Assembly: GCA_951406725.2 (NCBI GenBank)
Contig: OX597826.1
Coordinates: 45,632,001 to 45,696,000 of the forward strand
Length of the DNA: 64,000 nt
Reading direction: 5' to 3'
Origin: Octopus vulgaris
Taxonomy: Eukaryota
Part shown: one piece after another, positions 39,411 through 54,107 of the stretch
How positions within the stretch are numbered: the first letter of the stretch is position 1
How the letters are laid out: each line of letters begins with the position of its first letter
Notes under the pieces: generated by a model
Seen by the model: only the letters and a program-made list of their open reading frames with translations
What the model was told of the DNA's origin: nothing
Database searches by the model: none
Program-made: the position numbers and the translations under genes

Positions 39411-40086
39411 CTTTTTACACCTGTCTATGGAATGCTCAGCTACTTACACGTTAATTCAAGTACAGGTAATTCAATCGATCGGACAGATATACATATAGAG
39501 TTGTAATATGCAACATACAAAAATATCTACCCACTGTTTATTTGCTTCCGTTACTAATTGTATGAACATGGTATAAATATTAAGGCCAAAAGCAGCAATT
39601 TAATAGAAGTTTCATTCCTACGTATTTAGAAAATTAACAACTACGCTGAGCACAAATGAACCCCCATCAGGTTGTTATGCGCTTGCAATTCGCCCCTGCT
39701 GCTAAAACCGAACCCCTCCTTGGCAGAAGCGCTCACTCGTTGGTTCACATTTCAAAAGTTGATTGGTGAAGAGCCGTAACGTAAGATGATAATTAGTACA
39801 CAAATAATTGGTAATGATGTGGTTTAGATGAGGCGCGTGGGAATGCAGCCGGGTGTGGTAGGCTGAATAAACAAGGGAATAACTAAGCAAGCATTTCTCT
39901 CGTGTGTGTGCGTATGCATGCGTATTTGGGCGTATACGTGTATGTATATCTGTATAACAAGTATGTGTGTGTGTGTATATGAGGTCGAGTCTCATTTGTA
40001 TCCAAAGCGATTTTTTCCCCAATATCCCAATACTTGCATATGCTGTTATTTATAGCCTTATCTGGTTTGAGATTTACCGAAGGACC

Positions 40087-40658
<572 letters not shown>

Positions 40659-40664
40659 GCACTT

Positions 40665-40900
40665 TATTTAAAAGGACCAATGAAACAAATCCATTTTTAA
40701 AGGTGTATCCTTTATTTAGTTTTGATCATATCGTTATTTCTGTTCTATTTTAACAAAACTGTCCGACGAACGGGAACTTGAAACTCTGAGTAACAGCTTT
40801 TGTTATATTTCTGCTGCTTTTAAACAAAGCATATTACTCTACCTCTGGTATTTGAGTACTCTTTTTTCCACCTTGTTTCACATTTATGTGCTTACTCCGG
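40665..40900 (+). mobile_element. Penelope-like 3' remnant with a minimal hammerhead motif
   Basis: ctgt-CCGACGA-..-GAAA-CTC-t-GAG-TA-acag (40759-40796) has a 4-bp stem I and a palindromic stem III. The upstream [10 protein letters not shown] is only weakly reminiscent of a GIY-YIG C-terminus. Confidence 0.6.
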
Positions 40901-40970
<70 letters not shown>

Positions 40971-40973
40971 GAC

Positions 40974-41010
<37 letters not shown>

Positions 41011-41062
41011 GACAGACAGAGATGCAAATACACACAAATTGTAGATATGTATCTATATGTAT

Positions 41063-41138
<76 letters not shown>

Positions 41139-41249
41139 ATACATATGTGTATGTACGTAAACTTATATATCCGTACATATGCGTATATGTGTGTAAACTT
41201 ATATATCATTATATACATTTTTATACATATATCTGTGGTGTGTGTGTGT

Positions 41250-41322
<73 letters not shown>

Positions 41323-42137
41323 CGTGCGCATAACACAGAATTTGTGGTAACGGCTAGTCCGATAACTCTTTTACTACTGACAAAATATTTAGCAAGAACT
41401 TCAAATTCCTGCGGCGACCGGACTTGTTTACTAGGCGGCCCACAGATGGTGTTGCGTGTAACCACACAATTTTAGATCGTTTACTCTGTAGGTAGAGTTG
41501 GAGTTTAAAATTCCAGCAGTCTGTGGTAATTTAGAGATACAAAAGGCACATAACGATATTAATTATGGAGTACTAGCAATAGTGACCACCACTGGATCAC
41601 CAAAACTGCTACTTCGGTGTGGTTTTCGGACCAATGGTGGCAGAAATATAGCGTTGCAGCTGTACATTCGTGTGCGTTTATGCCTGAGTGTGTTTGGGTA
41701 TATACAGGTATAATTATATAGTTCTCTCTGTGTGTATAGACATGTACTTATGTAGTTCTCATAGTTAATTGAATACGTTCACTCGCTATCTCCATGAAAC
41801 ATGCAGCTGTCAACATTTCTACCGCTCAATAATGCTACGTATAAAGGTTACATGTCTCTGACAATTCGACATCAGGTTTTCATTATGTGATTTACGTTAT
41901 GTAACTAATAACCGCTGTTTGTGAGTGAAACACACGTAAGATGGCGTAACTAGATATCTTTTAAACACTCTCCTGTTTTCTACTTCCTTATGTGTGTGTA
42001 TGTGCGCGCGTGTGTATATGTGTGTACGTACGTATATATATATATATATATATATATGTAGATATATACATATATATATATGTATATATATATATACATT
42101 TATATATAAATACATGTGTATATATGTAGATATATAC

Positions 42138-42168
<31 letters not shown>

Positions 42169-42227
42169 CATTTATATATAAATACATGTGTGTATATGTG
42201 TATATGTACATATATATATGCACACAT

Positions 42228-42302
<75 letters not shown>

Positions 42303-42355
42303 TCTACATACGTGCATGCATACATATCTTTATGTATATAATTATATGTATATAT

Positions 42356-42401
<46 letters not shown>

Positions 42402-42625
42402 GTATTTATATGTACATATAATTATATTCATTACATACAGATGTTTATGCATGCACGGACATAATTATATGTACATATATGTATATATATATATATGTAT
42501 GTATATAGATATGTATGTATATATGTACATATAACTGTATATATATAGATAGATACATAGAATAGATAGATTGATAGATCGAATGTATGTATATGATAAA
42601 TATGTATTTTATATATAAATGTATT

Positions 42626-42678
<53 letters not shown>

Positions 42679-43104
42679 GGTGCTTGTGTCTGTGTGCTCG
42701 CGCGCACGCTCGTGTTTTAAAGGACGCCTTTGATATTCAGATGTATGCTACTATAGACAGGCGAAATCGAGATATGTAGACAGTAAAAGTAGTGAATTAC
42801 TTTCCAATATATAATGCCGTCTTATTTTATAGATTAAACAAGACCTGGTTTGAGCTAAAAGAATAGAAAAGATAAAAAAGAAATTCATTTCGTATGTAGA
42901 CAGTAAATTTCTCTTTACAAAGTAATCCTTATTGACATAAAATGTCTACTTGTTCATGTTTTGTTTTTAACTTTCGTCTGCTGTTAAATGATTGATTAGC
43001 TGCTAATGATTTCGTAACAGATAAATATTTCTCTCCTCAAATCATATTGAGAGTTTTGATTTAATGACGACGACGACGATGACAACAACAACAACAACAT
43101 CTGT

Positions 43105-43631
43105 GGAGGCGCAATGGCCCAGTGGTTAGGGCAGCGGACTCGCGGTCGTAAGAACGCGGTTTCGATTTTCAGACCGGGCATTGTGAGTGTTTATTGAGCA
43201 AAATCACCTAAGTTCCACGAAGCTCTGGTGGGTGGTGGTGGTGAAGCCTGCTGTACTCTTTCACCACAACTTTCTCTCACTCTTTCTTCCTACTTCTGCC
43301 ACAAAGCAGAGAAACCATGGTGTAACCCACTATGGTGTGGTAAATATTCAGACCCTTGTCTAGATTGCGAATCCTCTGTACCCCAGGCTGGTTCAGCTCT
43401 CCACCCGTTAAAAGCCACCGTTTACGGAATGAGGATAACAACGTAGCTTTCGCGCCCGTGCAACCGCCAGTCTATCGCGTGTGGTGGCTAATGGCGTGAG
43501 TCCTGAGAAGAAGAAGAAGAAGAAGAAGAAGAAGAAGAAGAAGAAGAAGAAGAAGAAGAAGAAGAAGAAGAAGAAGAAGAAGAAGAAGAAGAAGAAGAAG
43601 AAGAAGAAGAAGAAGAAGAAGAAGAAGAAGA
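43105..43631 (+). mobile_element. SINE family C, tail type 1 with a long (GAA)n
   Basis: Homologous to 11751-12250 but lacks ~70 bp between GTGG repeats. Confidence 0.85.
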
Positions 43632-43644
43632 AATCAATAACAAT

Positions 43645-44085
43645 TCTTTCAACTATAGGCACAAAACATGAAAATTTTTATGGAGCGAAAGGAAGATCGG
43701 TTACATCAGTTTTGAACTGATCCTGTAAGAATGAAGGGCAAAGTCGACCTTAGTGGAATATGAACTCGGAAACCAAAACGCTGAAGAAATGCCGTGAATC
43801 ATTGTGTCTGTTCTTCTAATGATTCTGCCGACGCACCATTCCAATATTAATAACAACAACAACAATAATAATAATCTTTTCTAATATACATACAAGACTT
43901 GAAATTTGGTGGGGAAGGGACTAGTAGATTACATCGACCTCAGTGTTTCATTGGTACTTAAGTTATCATCGGACCCGAAAGGATGAAATGCAAAATCGAC
44001 CTCGGCGGAATTTGAACCCAGAACGTGGAGATGGGCGAAAAACCGCTAAGCATTTCGTCCAGCATGCTAACGACTCTGCCAGCGC
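43645..44085 (-). mobile_element. Two diverged SINE family A copies (alpha tail)
   Basis: Core recognisable at ~43730-43770 and ~43975-44020. Confidence 0.75.
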
Positions 44086-44280
44086 GTTATAATAATAATA
44101 ATGATGATGACGATGATAATGATTATGATGATGATGATGATGATGATGATGACGACGACGGTGATGATGATGTTAACGGAAGACGACGTATGAGCGATTA
44201 GCTTTTGCAATCATAATAACGACGACGACGGGGGCTCTCCCGTCAAAGACAACGCAGAGCGTTTAGCTTTTGCAATAATG

Positions 44281-44325
<45 letters not shown>

Positions 44326-44328
<3 letters not shown>

Positions 44329-44882
44329 GCCCTGATGCAGTACCAGGCAGAGGCTGTCATGGCTTCTGATCTTAACTGATTGGAAGTGTTATCATGTACA
44401 TTGTTTTGTCTTGGTATAAAAGATGGGCTACAGCAAATATTCTGCTCAATACCACAGATTTGCTTGTCAGTTGTTTGACCTTAACCAGTTGAGCATGTCC
44501 CTTAGTGGCTGACGATATGTGCATCTCTGATCACGAGCAGAAGTAGTGGGGGAGCATCATAGCCATGTGTTGAGAGGGATTCTTTGGGGTTTGAATAGTT
44601 CACCTCTGGAAACATGGGTGGTTCTTTCAACATCCTTAAACAACCCTTCTTCAGGGACCGTTTGAGCGGGATGGGCTACTCAACCTGAAGAAAATTCTAA
44701 CTGGGCCCCACCTGCAAGGTCATGTGCTGTTTATCTTGATATGAGATCACCATGTCGCGCACATATGGTTGTGATGCATGTGCCTGGTGTACCTTTATCA
44801 GACAGGTAGTCATGATGGGTATATTGGGCTTCGTATATTTTACCCCAGTGTCACTTTGATGGCATGAACTGCTCTCTCACTC
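44326..44882 (+). mobile_element. Element E full copy in (TAA)n
   Basis: Homologue of 22095-22651 with (TAA)n on both sides. Confidence 0.85.
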
Positions 44883-44892
44883 AATAATAATA

Positions 44893-44957
<65 letters not shown>

Positions 44958-45041
44958 GATAATAATAATAATAATCGGTGCATTTTCACCTACACTGTGT
45001 TACGAAGGAATAATAATAGTAATGACAATAATAATAATGAT

Positions 45042-45608
45042 ATCGACCCATCATGCCCCTTTGATTCCAAGATCGTAGAGAAAGAAGAAGAAAATCATAA
45101 TAGACTAAATATTACAATCATAGATAACAAAAAGCGAAGTTGCATATTTATCGCCTAAGTGCTAGACCACGAACTAGATCATTGAGTTCAGGTTGAGTGA
45201 TGGAGTGAGGATTCTTGTCAGATTTTCCATCATTTGGACCCATGTAACTATAAAAATATTGAGTGTAGTTTTATAATTTTCATGGGTTAGGTTGACAAAT
45301 ACCTTAGGAACACTCCATTAGAATTATATCAAAATCTATGCATAACTTTTAGAGTTCTCAGTTTCGGCCCAATCCTGTTTGCACTCAATTCTTACGGAAC
45401 CATTAGTGTATTTAACATAAATAAGATGGTAATTTACAAGAAGCCGGAGGTTATTCTCATTTCCGTTTTTTTTCTTTTTCGTTATTATACAGTATTTTTT
45501 GTTGTTGTGTTACAGTATAATTTATGTGTTGAGAACAGTAAGCCAGACAAGTGGCTGAAGGAGATTGAAATAGAATGCCTGGTAGAATGCTTAGGGACAG
45601 CAAGGATT
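45042..45608 (+). pseudogene. Two short R4/Dong-like RLE fragments
   Basis: IDPSCPFDSKIVEKEEE (45042-45092) and DKWLKEIEIECLVE-CLGTARI (45546-45608). The latter abuts a partial element E. Confidence 0.55.
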
Positions 45609-45998
45609 AGCAGTACCAGGCACTGGCTCTCATGGCTTTTGATCTTAACCGAATGGAAGTGTTATCATGTACATGCTTTGTCTGGGTGTAAAAGATGGGC
45701 TACAACAAATATTCTGTTTAATACCACAGATTTGCTTCTCAGTAGCTTGACCTTAACCAGTTGAGCATGTCCCTTAATGGCTGATAATATGTGCATCTTT
45801 GATGAAAAGTAGAAGTAGTGGGGGAGCATCATAGCCATGTGTTGAGAGGAATTGTTTTGGGTCGTAATAATTCACCTCTGAAAACATGAGTGTTTCGTTC
45901 AACATCCTTAAACAAACCTTATTCAAGGATCTTTCGAGTGGGGTGCGCTAACTGGATCCCCACCTACAAGGTTATGCGCTGTTAATCTTGATATAAGG

Positions 45999-46176
<178 letters not shown>

Positions 46177-46427
46177 TGTAAGTTGGTAGGTAGGTAGATA
46201 ATTTAGCTGTTTCTTTGGCGAATAGAATACAAGTCTGTATATATAGTTTTTGCTTAGATTTAACTATCTCCGAAGACATATATATATCCGAAGACATATA
46301 TATCCCAACACGTGTTTGTCTTTAATTTCCTTTAAAGTTATTCCATTCGAGTTATTGCTTTCTAAAGCTGACAAACAACGCCATCTTTAAAACACGTCAG
46401 AACACTTACTTATTATTATTATTATTA

Positions 46428-46495
<68 letters not shown>

Positions 46496-46944
46496 TACGA
46501 CATTTTATTTTTCACGGGCAAAGATAATGTTAAATAATAATTAATTAGTTATGCATAGAAATATCAGTAAATGAATCGGCGTTTCTTGTGAAAATGTGTT
46601 TCTTTTCCAAGCAGTCAGTTAATTTTTCATTCTTAGTCTTTCTTCCTTCATTCATTTCTTTCTGTCTTCCCTTCTTTCTCTCTTTCTTTGTTTCTTTCTT
46701 TTTCTTTCTTTCTCTCTCTCTCTCTCTCTTATCATGTTGGACGTTGGTGGATCTATTTTGGAAGATGCGAAGCGCGAGTCTTTTTACAGACTTTTTTTTT
46801 TCTTTCTGGCAACAGCAATAAAATAGCATGGCAAATAAAAATGCCAGAAGAGAAAGCATGAAGAATGGAAAACAAAAAAGCAAAAAAAAACCTTAAAAAA
46901 CACAAAAAAAAACAAAAAGAGAATATAAAATATAGAAAGATAGA

Positions 46945-47065
<121 letters not shown>

Positions 47066-48041
47066 TGAAAAAGATGATGATGGTGATGATGATGATGATG
47101 AGGAGGAGGAGGAGGAGGAGGAAAAAAGTAAAGAAACAAATAGAAAAATGAAAGAATAAATAAATAAATAATTAAATAACGGTAACACAATTGCACTATT
47201 TCTTTACTCTGACAATAATATGTTCTTCCTACGCCGAGTTCTAAAAATGTTAGTTTGCACTCGTAATGTTATATAAGCCAGAAAACTAACTTTCTCTCGG
47301 AAATAACTTAGAATTTTGTAATTTAATTTGGTCATCACTTTCACTGGAACCAACTTTTAAAATTTGGAAGGTTTCTTTGTGTACGCCATAGCTGTGTACA
47401 CACAAGAGAGAATTGGAAAAATCAAAAACCTTCGACGTCTTTTTATTCAGTCTTGTAAACGAATAGGAATCTTGCAAATACGTTCAGCAATCTGTCTTTG
47501 AATATTCTACACGAAAACCAAACAAATTCGCTCTAAAATGTTATTGTCCTTACCATAACACTGTTTCAAAACAGGCAGCAGAATAACAATAATAAGAAGA
47601 ACATAATAATAAAAAGAAAACGAACGAAATAATTCAGTTAATATAGCGATGTTTTCTATTTGTTGTTGCTGTTGTTGTTATTGACGTTGTCGTCGTCGTT
47701 ATCGACAATTCTTTTACCATTTATGTTGTAAATGAGTATATTTCGGTTTGGTTTGTTTGTTGCCATCTACTATCTCACCTTTAAACACAATTCATAGAAT
47801 TTGAAAGTCTTCTATTCAATATTCTTTCGTCAAGTCGAATTGTTGGGACATTTAAAATATGCTACTTCATTAAAATTACATCATGACCTTTACTCAGTGT
47901 TACGAGATGACCTTTTGTGTGAATTTGACCTTTTGCTAATATACTGAACTAAATTATCAAGAAAAACTAGCGCTTTTTATCTATAGATGTGATGAAGCCA
48001 TCTCCGACAATTATTCTCCACTCCTTTCTCTCTTTCACACG

Positions 48042-48087
<46 letters not shown>

Positions 48088-48266
48088 GTTTTTCTTCTCT
48101 TTCCCTTCCTTATTCTCTATTTATTTCTATTTCATTCTGCTGTTTATCATTACTTACAAACATATATGAATCTATTAGTTACGAGGTTGGAATAATCCCA
48201 GCAAATAAAATATATATATATACATATGTGTGTGCGCATGTATATATATATGCATATGTAAGTATG

Positions 48267-48394
<128 letters not shown>

Positions 48395-48496
48395 CACACA
48401 TATATAGATGTATATAATGTATATACAGAGGGAGGGAAGACAAAGAAAGAGGCGGGCAAGTGACAGGGAGAGCGATACAGATACATGCATATATAC

Positions 48497-48610
<114 letters not shown>

Positions 48611-48844
48611 CATATATAGATATGTCTGTATGTTTGTATGTATATGCATACAAACACACATACTGGGGCACATGCATACGTGAGTATGGTGTGTGCGAAT
48701 ATTTGTTTATTACTGTGGGAATGGAAATAAGGTTGTCGTTTATTAACCCTTGTACCCTTTAAAAGAGGTTTATACTGCACGAATGTGTGTGTGTGTGTAC
48801 ATATATGTATGCATACATAGGCATGATTATATCTATGTATGTTT

Positions 48845-49632
<788 letters not shown>

Positions 49633-51694
49633 GATAGATAGATAGATATGTAGGTATGAAAGTAGGTAGGTAGGTAGGTATGTAGATAGATAGATAATGC
49701 TTTGAGGAAAGCAAAATATTATTGGCTAAATTCTTCACTAAAGGAATTTTACTGGGAGCTCTTATTCTGTCATATCAAACATCAGAGAGACACACACACA
49801 CACACAAGTATATACATATGCGTGTACGGGTGTGCGTGTGTGTGTGTGTGTAATACAAATTCAGTAATGATATAGAGACTTACTGACGAAGATTATGGTC
49901 ATGTCTGCCGGACAGTGGTCCCGATTAGTTTCTATGGCGATGTAGGAATTTCTGTATATTAATAACCTTGTCTAGCATTTGCCTATAGGTTTCCCAAGAA
50001 GCCATTTCAATATATGTGACAGAACCTCGGCAACAGTTGAAATAATAATGAATAGATATACATGCATACACACACACATACACATACACACACGTACACG
50101 CACACATACATATATACATATATATGAATATGTATGTATTTATATAGTTATGCATGTATATATATATGTAAATATGTATGTAGATAGACGCAGAGAGAGA
50201 GATACAAAGAGACAAAGAGAGATTCATATATTTGTAAATACATAGATCTTTTGTATGTTACTTGTTCCAATCATTGGACTGCAGCCATGCTGGAGTACCT
50301 CTTTGATAAGAGTTTAGTGGAATAAATCGACCTCAGCACTTATTTTTGAGACTGTTACATATACTATTCGTCGTTTTTTGGCGAACTTGGTAAAAGATGA
50401 ACATACAAAAGAAACCGATACAATGAGTACAAGGCTTTAAAAAATACAATACTGGGGTCGATATGTTCGACTAAACCGCTTTAAGGTTGTGCCCATGGCC
50501 GCAGTCAAATGACTGAAACCAGGAAAAAAGAAAAACAATAAGTAGTAGGCTTACAAAGTATAAGTCCTCGGGTCGATTTGTTTGACTAATAGCAGTGCTC
50601 CAGCAAGGCCGCAGTCAAATAACTGAAATGAATAAAAGAATTAAAGAATAAAAAAACATATGTGTGTGTGTGTACATCTCTTTGTATGTATGTTTGTTCC
50701 CCTACCTTCGCTTGACAACCGATGTTGGTGTGTTTATGTTCCGTAAACTAGCAGTTCGGCAAAAGAGATCAATACATTAATAGGCTTACAAAGAATAAGT
50801 CCGGCGAGGGGGGGGGGGATTTCTTCGACTAAAATCCTTTAAGGTGGTGCTCCAGCATGGCAGCAGTCAAAATAACTGAAACACGTAAAAGAAAAAACAA
50901 ATTAATATTCTCACTCGCGCACGCGCGCACACATCACATTGTTTGGAACATTAAATATCGAGAATAAGGTCACGTGTGTGAAGAGAGTAAAATCGTATTG
51001 GATGATGATTACTATTAAATTTAAACAGCTAACTACCACATTCATTAGAGTGTATCACAAAATAACATGTGGTAAATGTTCCGAGTTTCTGCATTCTAAG
51101 TTCAAATCAAAGAGATTTCTCCGAAAGCAACATGTATGTATATACGTCATTATACAGTTCATTTCAAGGTGTCTTGCCAATAGGGAAAAAAACACATATG
51201 TATGTATGTATGTGCAGATTTGTATGTTTTATGCATGTATTCTCAATCATATAGTTGCATATCTAGACATGCTTATATATATTCAAATGATAAACTTCGG
51301 GAAAATTTTACAGATTTTTACAGTTCCAGTGATGGATTGCATCTGTAGTCTTCGAGTTAGCTTTCTCCTTTCTGGTTATGAGAAGCCTAATATCTCAAGA
51401 TTGGTATTTAGGCAGTGTTACATATCCCAGGGCCCCAGTATGTATGTGTGTCTATCTATCTGTCTGTCTGTCTGTCTGTATGTATGTATGTATGTATGTA
51501 TGTATGTATGTGTATGTATGTATATGTGTGTGTCTCTGTGTATATATATATGTGCGCATGTGTGTGGATGTATGTATGTATGTATGTATGTATGTCATTA
51601 TTCAGTTTATTTCAAGATTTCTTGCCAATAGAGAAAGAAACGATTTCTAACCTAGATCCGAGGTTTAACATCAACAACAGGGTATTTTTGTTTG

Positions 51695-51900
51695 CGTGTA
51701 TGTTAAGAGAGTACATATGGTGGCACCTGTTCCTCCTGCCAGCCAGCACAGTTGTCTAGTATGTAATAAAATGTATAAAGCTTGGCTGGTCTTAAAAATC
51801 ATACAAGGGCATCACATGGCAACAATCATGAATCATTTCAGTAAGTATTCTTGGCAATGGCTTTTCTCGTGTAACGAGGATGCCGCCGTGATGTAATGAT
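51695..51900 (+). pseudogene. RTE-like LINE 3' remnant
   Basis: HSCLVCNKMYK/LAGLKNHTRA, a C2H2-like terminal motif with a frameshift, then a short UTR running into (TATG)n. Confidence 0.55.
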
Positions 51901-52088
51901 GTCATGTATGTATGTATGTATGTATGTATGTATGTATGTATGTATGTATGTATGTATGTATGTGTGTGTGTATGTATGCATATATGTATGTATGTATGTG
52001 CAGATTTGTATGTTTCATCATGCATATATTCTCATGCATATAGTTACATATCTATATTCTCATGCATATAGAACATATCTAGACATGC

Positions 52089-52125
<37 letters not shown>

Positions 52126-52579
52126 TGTATGTGCGTATGCATGTATGTATGTATGTATGTATGTATGTATGTATGTGTGTGTTACTGTAGACAAAGAGTA
52201 TCGTTTAAAAGTCAGGTATTTCTAAAATTGTTATCAGTATGACATATTAATAGTTGAGCGTGTGATAACGTAGAATGCGTGGGAAACTATTTTTATAACA
52301 GGAAAAAGAAATGTCTAAAAGAAAATCAAATGCGTGGTGTGAGGAAGATTTTATTTGTCAGTTTTGGTATCTTTATTTCTTTATATATTTTCCGAAATGT
52401 ATGGAGAACTTAGAACGTCTTAAAATATTAGTGATTGCAGAACGGAACTTTTTACTACATTTCTTCTTCATTTACCATCTCTGAATTTCACTCACTCCCA
52501 CTCACTCCGTTTATTGCTCTCGTCTTCCTTCAGCGTAACCGACGGGGAGACACACATTGTGTTTTATTATACATAACAT

Positions 52580-52653
<74 letters not shown>

Positions 52654-53219
52654 GTGAGAGTGAGTGGGTGTGTATGTAACTATTCGGACTTTAAGTATAT
52701 GCCTATTAGTATTGTCAATTAAAGCACATTCACCGTTTAGGCTACCTGATGTCACCCACAATTACGATATGATTTTCACTAGATCTACGTCAGGAAATCT
52801 GCAGTTCTTGTTGAGTTGTGTACGTCTATACATATATATGTTCATGTCAACGAGTGTATACCTATCCTTCTTAATTTTAACTTTGACAAGTTTTATTCAT
52901 TATCCTTTTTGCTATATAGTCACTGTCAACTATAGCTAGTATAATTTGCGGGCAACAACCCTCAAATCATTCTACCCGCAGTCAGTGTACCCACATAAAA
53001 CGAGCGAGAACAACATGCTAGGGAGAACTCAGTATATCTAGTGGGATAATTTTTTACACCAAGCACCTGAAGAGACATAGCCTGCGCTTGCTCATGCAAC
53101 ACAAATATAGACACAATATCCTATCCCTAAGGGATAGCTGCAGGATGGGTCGAGACGATCGTCGTGGTGAATAAGGATTCGTACTAAATCCATCTTCTGT
53201 TTCCTTCATCAATTATATA

Positions 53220-53385
53220 TGGAGTGGCTGTGTGGTAAGTAGCTTGCTTACAAACCACATGGTTCCGGGTTCAGTCCCACTGCGTGGTACCTTGGGCAAG
53301 TGTCTTCTACTATAGCTTCGGACCGACCAAAGCCTTGTGAGTGGATTTGGTAGACGGAAACTGAAAGAAGCCTGTCGTATATATG

Positions 53386-53438
<53 letters not shown>

Positions 53439-53690
53439 GTGTGTGTGTGTGTGTGTGTGTGTATGTATATGTATGTGTGTATATGCTTGTGTGTCTGTGT
53501 TTGTCCCCCAACATCGCTTGACAACCGATGTTGGTGTGTTTACATCCCCGTAACTTAGTGGTTCGGCAAAAGAGATCGATAGAATAAATACTAGGCTTAC
53601 AAAGAATAAGTCCTGTTGTCGATTTGCTCGACTCAAGGCGGTGCTCCAGCATGGCTGCAGTCAAATGGCTGAAACAAGTAAACGAGAGTA
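53220..53690 (+). mobile_element. SINE family B copy
   Basis: Homologous to 20888-21313. Confidence 0.85.
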
Positions 53691-54107
53691 AATGATATTT
53701 ATATGTGTGTGTATGTTTGTGTGTGCGTGTGTATGTGTATGTATTATCTATGTATGTATTCAGAGTGTGAGAGAGAGATAGGTGAAAATACGAAACAAAG
53801 TGGCACTTAAAACAATTGTTAGGAGCTATACATGCGTGTGCGCGCGCACGCGCGTGCGTGTGTATTTCACTTAGTCATTGTGATATTAATAACCTGGTGT
53901 GGAACTCAATATATAAATGCTTCAGAACGAAGCTTTAGTAAAGTACAGACTGGTAATAAAAAAAATAAGATGACAAAGAAATAAACAATTATCTTATGAA
54001 CGTATATAGCTTACAGCTGTTTGAGCTATAAGACGCAGAGGACACCTGCAGCAGAAACAGCTGTCAACTAAGATAATTTTTCTCTTTGTCGTCTCATATA
54101 TATATAT

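Noticed and set aside
44326-44400. Hammerhead or HDV-like ribozyme at the 5' end of element E (CTGATGCAG)
   Set aside because: The core is not CUGANGA, there is no matching GAAA or stems, and I could not build an HDV nested pseudoknot by eye.
50939-51631. 230-aa ORF
   Set aside because: A patchwork of SINE fragment, AT-rich sequence and (TATG)n with a non-ATG start and no domain.
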